A stretch of DNA of 64,000 bases from the NCBI RefSeq assembly GCF_009914755.1, contig NC_060940.1; one strand, given 5' to 3'. Shown piece by piece: positions 55,521 to 64,000 of this stretch. This stretch comes from the human T2T-CHM13v2.0 reference genome, Homo sapiens. Every line of letters starts with the position of its first letter. The first letter of the stretch is position 1. Both the position numbers and the translations under genes were made by a program. The notes under the pieces were generated by a model. It had not been told where the DNA came from, made no database searches, and saw nothing but the letters and a program-made list of their open reading frames with translations.

Positions 55521-56145
55521 GACCCACTGGTGACATCATGCTCGCAGGCTCACTGGCAGGCTGGAGGATTCTAGTTTCATGTCCAAAGAACAAGCAAAAA
55601 TGGAGCCGATCCATGTGGGAATGGTGCCCACATCTGAGGCCTCAGTCACATGTGTCCTGAGAGCTCTGGTCAGTGTTCCCGCAGTCCATGTCCCAGATGG
55701 CCCTCTTTTGAGACTGACCCATGCCCCGGAGCCAGAGCTCTGGTTCCCTGGCAACCGTCCCTCCCTGCCTCTCCTCACCTCCCACCCTGTCCTTCTGTAG
55801 ACACCTGCAGCTGGGCTGCAGCAGGCATGTAGCCATTTGGAGACTCAGTTTCCTTATCTTTAAAATGGGGGGAGCCTACAGCTCCCTAAAATTTAGGAGG
55901 AGAGGGCTAGGCCCAATCATTTCACACACTTGCTTTGTATCTCTCTGCTGCTTCCCTGTCCATTTAAAAAATTATAAAGCAGGTATTACATATTGTATAC
56001 ATGCAGTACCTCTGTAGGTGCTGAAGCATAATAAAAGGAAAAAAAATCATGCACTTGCCACTCAAATTAAGAAATAGAACATCGCCAATATGGTAGTGTT
56101 TTCTGTATGTTTCTCTTCTATCTCATTCCACTCTCATAAAATATG

Positions 56146-56448
<303 letters not shown>

Positions 56449-56717
56449 AAAATATGTACATCCCTTCAGACACACACACACACACACACACACTTAAAAA
56501 TAAATAGAGATCATTTTAAATGTTGGGAAAGTTCAGGCCCATATGAAAGTAGAGAAAATATTTGATGGGTTCCCAAGTGTTCATCACCCAGCTTCAGCAG
56601 CTGGTAACTCCTGGCCACGTTTGTTTCATGCCTACTCTCCTACTTTCTTCCCCTTCATATTATTGTGAGACCAATCTCTTATGTCACTTCATTTCTTCTA
56701 ATTTTGAAAAATAAATA

Positions 56718-57014
56718 TTTTCTTTCTTTTTCTTTTTTTTTGAGACAGTCTCCCTCTGTTGTCTAGGCTGGAGTGCAGCAGCGTGAACATGGCTCACTAC
56801 AGCATCGAACTCTCTGGCTCAAGTGATCCTCCCACCTCAGCCCCCTGAGTAGCTGGGACCATAGTTGCATGCCACCATGCCTAGCTATTTTATTTTTTAT
56901 TTTTTTTGTGGCCTTCGTTGCCCAGGTGGGTCTTGAACTCCTGGGCTCCAGAGATCCTCTTGTCTCAGTCTCCCAAAGTGCTGGGATTACAGGTGTGAGA
57001 CACTGTGCTCAGAC
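56718..57014 (-). mobile_element. AluJ-type SINE
   Basis: J motifs (ggctcaagtgatcctcccacctcagc, ctcctgggctc). Confidence 0.92.
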
Positions 57015-57719
57015 TTGCTTTTCTTTATAGTTTTACTGCATGTGTATATATTTCAAAATTTATATATTTTTAGTTTTCCTTCTCTGTGTATTTTATAAAA
57101 GCAGGATTATTTCGTGTGTTTTCTTCTGCAATTTTTTAAAATTCAATTTTATGTCTGGAGTTCATCCTCCTTGGCATGTGTACCTGTAGCTTATTCACTC
57201 CTGCTACAGAGTAATATTTCATTTTATGAGCATTCATCATTTATTTAACCATCTGTGTATAGGCATTTAGATGAGTTCCCGTTTAAGCAATTTTAAACAA
57301 AGCTGTTGCAAATATTGATAGACATGTCCTGTGGATCATACATGCAACAATTTCTCTAAGTAGAGACCAAGAGATAAATTTTTAGGTCTTATCATATGAC
57401 CCTTTCTAACTTTATACAATGATGCTAAATTGTGTTACTGAAGTAGTTATTTTAACATATAGTCCCATGCTGATATTTGAGTTCCTGCTGCTTTACATCC
57501 TCACCAAAACTTGACATTGCCAGATTTTATTAACATTTTGCCAATCTAGTGGTACAAAAATGAGTGATTTTCATGATGCTGATCATTTATCTTTCCCTTT
57601 TTCCCACTAGGGTTGAGCACTCATGGTAAACTTCTCTAGTTTTCAATCACATTTCCTTCTTGGTGAAGTTTCTATTTGTGTCACTTTGTCTTTTGCCAAT
57701 TTTCTATTGAATTATTTTT

Positions 57720-58034
<315 letters not shown>

Positions 58035-58589
58035 GAATTATTTTTTAATATCTTAATTTTCAAGAGATCTGTAAGTATTCAAATAATTAAACTTTTATTG
58101 ACTGATTATTGATTGATTGTCTGGAAATTATATTCTCCCAGTTTGTGGATTTTTTTTAACTCTTTTTTTTCTGATGAATGGGATTTCTTAATTTTAATGT
58201 AGTCAAGTTTGTTAATCTTTTACTCTGTAGTTATTTACTATTACCATTATTATTACTGGTCTTGCATAAGAAAATTGTTCCCACCCAGTAGTCATAAAGA
58301 CATTTTTATGCATTTTCTCCAAAAAGCATTAATATTTTGCCTTTTATATTTAGCATGGTTAATCTGCCTGGGGATTTTGACATATAGTATGAGGCAGGGA
58401 CCTAATTTTAATTTTTTTTTTCATGTAGGTAATGAATTTCCCCAGTCCAACTTATTGAATAATCATTGTCCTGAAGTAGTTAATGGATTTGAGTTACAGC
58501 TCGGCAAATTCCACAAAGAAAATAAAACAGCACAAGGTCCCCACAGAGCGACGGGAGGCAGGAAAGGGGAAGTCCATGCCACCCGAGGA

Positions 58590-58930
58590 ATAGTTTCATT
58601 GAACGCTTGATCTTTGAGCCGAACTCAGAAGGAGCCACCCCTGTAAAGGTCTATAGGTAAAGATTTGCATGCACAGAAAACAGTGTGTGCAGAGACATGA
58701 GATGAGAATGAGCTTTGCAAATCTGAGGAACAGAAAGATTTGGAGGGAAGAATGTTGTGAGTGAAGAGAGCCTGGTGTAAGTTGAGTCAACGCTCAGAGA
58801 TGGCATTTTACATAGAATATCATAGGCAATGAAAAAAATTGGGATTTTACACTAAGCATAGTGAAAAACATTTGGGAATTTTAATCAGGAGAATTGTGTG
58901 ACTTAATTTATGTTTTTAAAAGATCACACG
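58590..58930 (-). mobile_element. L2 fragment
   Basis: ggattttacactaag...ttttaatcaggaga...tttatgtttttaaaagatcac. Confidence 0.7.
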
Positions 58931-59950
58931 GGCTGGAAGGTGAAGAATGTACCATAAGGGCCAAAAGTGAAGAAAAAGTCCAAGCCAGAGAGGATGATGG
59001 TTAGGATGGGAAATTGAGGTGTGCTTCTGTGCATCAGCTCATCTGGCCAGCTCACACGCAGAGCACATTCCTGGGATCCCCAGAACTGGCCTTTTCTCTG
59101 CTTCTCCTGTGCTTTGATCACCAGTCCCTCTGCCTGGGAGTATCCTCCCTGAAACTGAACAGAATCCTGTCCATCCTTCAAGGCCTTGTTCACACGCTTG
59201 TTCTTCCCAGTAACCTCCTCCTTCTGAATGGAATAAATCTCTCCACCTTCTTGGCCTTGTTCTCATGTTCCTTCTCTGCCTGGTGGCTCTTTGCTCCTCC
59301 CACCTTGTTTTGGGGTTACTTATGTGCCTAAGTTCTAGTCTTTATCTTGTTGCCAGCAAGTTGAGTGACCATAGGCCAGTCTCTTTCTCTATCTGAGCCT
59401 CAGTTTCCCCATATCTAAACAAGCAGGTTTTGAGTAGATCTTCTCTGAGATCCTTTTCGGGCTGTAACACTCTGTATTACATATCTCCTGCCCCATTAGA
59501 TTTAAGTATAGTGAGTTTAGGCAGCTTATTTTCATTTTTATCATTCTGTCCAGGCTCTTACTGAGTAAATATTGATTATTATTATAATGTATGTAATCAT
59601 CATTTACCAATAAGCGTTCACTCTGAGCTCTAGATGATGTTTTATGTAGGTCGTAAAAAAGAAAAAAGGCAGAAATTTAAGAGTGTAGATTAGCATTCTG
59701 AGTTCCACTGCCTGCTTTGTTGAGTTTCTTCTCATGTATGGATTTGGGGTCCCTCCAGGATCTGATCATATGAGTGACTACAGACTTGCTTAACTCTCCT
59801 TTTTGGATGGTGGGAACAGGCATCTACATGAGGCTAGTATCTCTCTACCCAGATGTGTGCTGTTAAACTAACCTTGTCATTAGCTTGACTTGACAAGTGG
59901 CCTGGTGACTGGTTACTAATTATCTAGTCCTTTTTATATTGTTGTTACAG

Positions 59951-60098
59951 GCTGATTAAACTTGATGGGTTCTGGAGATGCCGAGGAAGAGAGGCAGCAT
60001 CACCTACTTGCCTGGACTCTAGATGGGCAGCTGATCATCTTGGACAGACTGCTGGATGCTGTACCCAGGGTGGTCACTCCCAGACACCATAGAAAATG
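59951..60098 (+). other. Candidate spliced exon (148 nt), probably non-coding
   Basis: Branch-point-like tactaat at 59914-59920, pyrimidine tract, tacAG acceptor at 59949-59950, donor ATG|GTATGT at 60098/60099. Stops occur in all three frames. Confidence 0.45.
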
Positions 60099-60409
60099 GT
60101 ATGTGTCCTCCCTTCTCTCTGCAGGGGTCTCTGTGGGTCATGGAATGGCTTTCTTCGGTTCAGTATTTCATGGGCATCTGCATGTCTCTGCCAGTCTCAC
60201 AGATACAAGCCATGATCTCTGCTTTCAGGAGCTTTCGAGAGAGAGGGTATTGGCCTGTGCCTAGAGCACTCTGATCTCAACTTGACAGGTGCCTCCACAG
60301 ACATATACCAAGTTCTGTGTCAACACAGAGATCCACATGATGAAATCAGAGGTCTTTTCTGAAGAGGCAGCATAGAGAATGGCATTCCAGGGAGATGGAA
60401 GAGCACCTA

Positions 60410-60740
<331 letters not shown>

Positions 60741-61129
60741 ATAATGTTTTATACAAAGCAAGGACTTCAGTGAACCTAGAAGCATGAGGTGTGTTAGGGA
60801 TGGGAGAGAGGCCAGAAAGTGTGAGTGATGCTCAGATTTGAAGCTTACCCAGTGGGCAGTGGTGACCCAGCCGAAATTTCTAGGCAGGGGGCTTTAGGGG
60901 CCTTAGTGTGGGTGGCAATGCCAAGGAGAGTCCTGGGAGAGGCTGGAGCAGGAAGATATCGTGGGAAATTTCAGGTGAGAAAGAACCAGGGCACGGGGGT
61001 TAAAATGAAAGGGGATAATTTGGGAGCCATTTAAAGGGAGGGCATAAGCAAGGCTTGTTGACCACTCCGATGAAAGAGAGGGAACTAAGGTTCAAGGTTG
61101 GGCAACTGGGTGAATAGAGATGCCAACTG

Positions 61130-61860
61130 AGACAGTGATCCTGCAACTCCCTGCCCAAGACCCCCCATGGCTTCCCATAGGCCTAGAATAGAAGCCAAAT
61201 TCCTCACTGGGGCCTCCCCATTCCATCCTGATGTGGTCCCTGCTTTCAGGCCTCATCTCCTGCCAATGTTCCCCGGCAGGAGAACATTACCTTCAACCAA
61301 GGTTGACTCATTACCTTCAACCAAGGCCTCTCCAGTCTGTTTCTCTACCAATCAGGCTTCTTGCCACCTTCCAGATATTGCACCTGTAGATTTCTCTGTG
61401 GCAAATGCTCTGCCTGATCTTCACATGACTGACTCCTTGTCATGATTCAGGTCTGTTCTGGTCATTTCTTCAAACACGTTTTTCCTTCTCTGGCTCCCCC
61501 ACCCCCATCTAATGTGCCCCAATGCTCTCTACTTACCCCTTTATTTTCTGCATAATGCTTATCACTATCTGAAAAGATTGTTTCTTCTTATTATACACAC
61601 ACTTATTTCCTATATTCCCATCTAGAAGTTATGCTCCATGAGAAGGGTCAGTATGTTGTGCAATTCCAAGGACACTAATCACAAAGAACACAATGCAATT
61701 GCTGCCTCCTGCATTGTATAATCTGGTAATCTTGTCTGTAAGAGCAGTGACCTCCTCTGTACTGTTCACCTCCATGGCCCCGTGCCTAGAATGGTACATG
61801 GCACATAGAAAGGCACTAAGGAAATATTTACTGGATGAATAGGGAAGACAGGAAGTAACA
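61130..61860 (+). mobile_element. L2 fragments
   Basis: atggcttcccata...agaatagaagccaaattcct; 3' gtgcctagaatggtacatggcacatag...aaatatttactggatgaat. Confidence 0.7.
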
Positions 61861-62849
61861 CAGCTTTTGAGTTTTGCAGGAACAAAAAAATACAATTGAA
61901 TTTTGTTTTGGGCATGCTGAGTTTGAATCGCCCAAACAACTTCCAGGTTGATATGTGTAGGAAGAGACGGAAGATATGAGTCCAAGAAAAGACATGTCAA
62001 CCTATACATGAAGGCCTGACCTTCAGAAACATTCTCAGAGACCTAGAGTCTATTATTTCAAGTAAGAATGTAATTTTCATGGATGGGCGTTTATTTGTCA
62101 CTTGTCTTAGGTGATTTTTCTTGCCTCATCCATCAGATATTCAATTACAGACTTCGCTTGAAACTTCTCAGTTTGGGAAGTTATGAGACACATTCAAGCG
62201 CGTTTGTAGATTATTAGGGAAGTAAGAGATAGTTACGGTGCTTTATGCTGGGGCATAGAGAGAGCAGTGACCCAGCTCTCTCACCCTCATTCTTTTAGTG
62301 ACATTGCCAAAGTGAATCATAGATGGTCTGGACATTGGTCAAAAGAAAACTTTGTGTTTTTATGAGCTGCAAATACATAATGCCACCACTTTTATATCCT
62401 TTGTCCTATGCCCACACAGACTCTATTAATCAATCTCAGGTATTTTTTTTAATTAGCTCATAGGAGCCTACAATTCCTCAACACATCACTTCAGGCAGAT
62501 ACAACTAATCTCTCAGAGTTGGCACTGGGATTGAAACCTACTAGTTATACTTGTCACATAATGAGACTTACTTCTAGTTTCTACTTAGAAAAGCACAGAA
62601 ATATTAACAACATCAATGAAACTTCCTCTCTGGTGGGTCTTGCACCACTCAGCCTGTCTATCAACTGAGAAAACTCTTTTCTCTCAGAAATGGCTCAAGC
62701 ATAGTCCTGCCTAAGAGTGGGAGAACAGACATGACAAGATCCTTTCCAATCCTGGGATCCGTTGATACTAAATTGGAAGATAGGGAGAAGCAAGGACTGC
62801 AAATACAGAAATCAAGCATGAGTAGAGACTGGGAAAAGTTTACTCTCTC

Positions 62850-63690
62850 ATTTCATAAATATTTATTGAGAATTTACTATGGGTCAGACACTTCCAGGCA
62901 TTGAGAATACAGCAGTGGGCGAGACAAGAACACAGGCCCAACATTGTATTCATGAAACTTGATTTTTAGTTTTGGGAAAAATATGCATACATGCACATGT
63001 ATATTATGTGCATGTGTATACATACATACGTACATGTATGTACATATACGTGTCTGTGTATATACACATATAACAAGGCCACAATGTCAAGCAGGGATTA
63101 TTGACATAAAACTAGAAATAAGATAGAGGGATGTAAGGGGTGACAATATTAAATCAAGTGGTCAGGGACCGGGTGTGGTGGCTCATGCCTGCAATCTCAA
63201 CACTTCAGGAGGCTGAGGCAGGAGGATCGTTTGAGCCCATGAGTTTGAGACCAGCCTGGGCAACATAGTGAGACCTCATCTCTACAAAAATAAACTTGGG
63301 TCAATAAATCAATAAATCAGGTGGTCAGAGAAGGCCTCACAGAGGCGGCACTGAGTGAGATCTAAATGACAGAAAGAAATGAGCAGTGCAGGCTCTCGGT
63401 TCAGTACATCCTGGCAGGTGGAACAGCAAGCACAAAGGTCTTGAGGCAGGATGGAGCTGCTGGGTCTGAAGAACTGGGGAGAAGCCAGTGTGGCCACCAG
63501 GTTAGGCAAAGGAAAGTCAGTGATGTGGCAGGGGCCAGATTACTTGGAGCTTCATAGACCACAGTAAGGAGTTGGGATGTGATTCTAATTGTGATAAGAA
63601 ACCCTCAGAAGTTCTAGGCAATGCAGAAATAGGATTTTGTTTTTGTTTTTTTAAAGATCTTCATGGCTGCTGTATGGAATGTTGATCACA
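62850..63690 (-). mobile_element. L2 fragment interrupted by a (TACA/TATG) simple repeat and a FLAM
   Basis: aaatatttattgagaatttactatggg...; gtggtcagagaaggcctc...cagtaaggagttgggat...aaagatcttcatggctgctgt. Confidence 0.75.
63166..63312 (+). mobile_element. FLAM / Alu left monomer
   Basis: Single arm; 16-bp TSD taaatca(a/g)gtggtcag at 63150-63165 / 63313-63328. Confidence 0.9.
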
Positions 63691-64000
63691 AAAGAGCGAG
63701 GATGGAAGGGGAATGTCCAGGTAGGGGAGGAAAAGAACGTTTGCCATAGGAAAATGTTCCAAGTCTTTCAGACTGCTCTAACTGTATCCATATACCATGG
63801 AGGGGTGGCTGTGGTCCCGCTGCCTGCCTGTGTGCTCTCACCACAGTTGCCTGTGTGCTCTGTTTTGTGTGTTTGGCTTCCAGGTCTGCTGCATTTGACT
63901 CTTTGTTGTCAGTGTAGTAGGTGGCTTTTTGTGATTTCTGGGAGTGTGGCTCCCCGTTCATATTTTATCTTGATTTTGGCCAGTCTTCTCTTATGGTTAA

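Noticed and set aside
54830-56017. Cluster of overlapping 60-136 aa ORFs
   Set aside because: No recognisable domains and overlapping on both strands, as expected by chance in GC-richer sequence.

Overview
Primate (very likely human) euchromatic DNA, intronic or intergenic, dominated by interspersed repeats. I see no credible host protein-coding gene. Nearly all ORFs in the track are Alu/L1/LTR-derived or chance. The only real protein homology is the disabled ORF1/ORF2 of a full-length, TSD-flanked L1PA4/5-type element (25670-31823). The window also has about 16 Alu/FLAM elements, many ERVL-MaLR/ERVL solo LTRs (THE1, MSTA, MLT1, MLT2, LTR16), hAT MITEs, MIR/L2 relics, a twin-primed old L1M and several microsatellites. 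The most unusual features are three independent local copy-paste insertions of nearby sequence: 268 bp into an Alu with a 28-bp target duplication, a 32-bp copy nested in that donor, and 318 bp into an L2. Several short perfect inverted repeats accompany them. There are also two well-formed + strand candidate exons (8819-8929, 59951-60098) and two repeat-free, motif-dense candidate enhancers (about 50.9-52.9 kb and 54.85-55.5 kb). Repeat family calls come from remembered consensus sequences, not a database search, and boundaries of old elements are approximate. I found no evidence of a new protein-based system.
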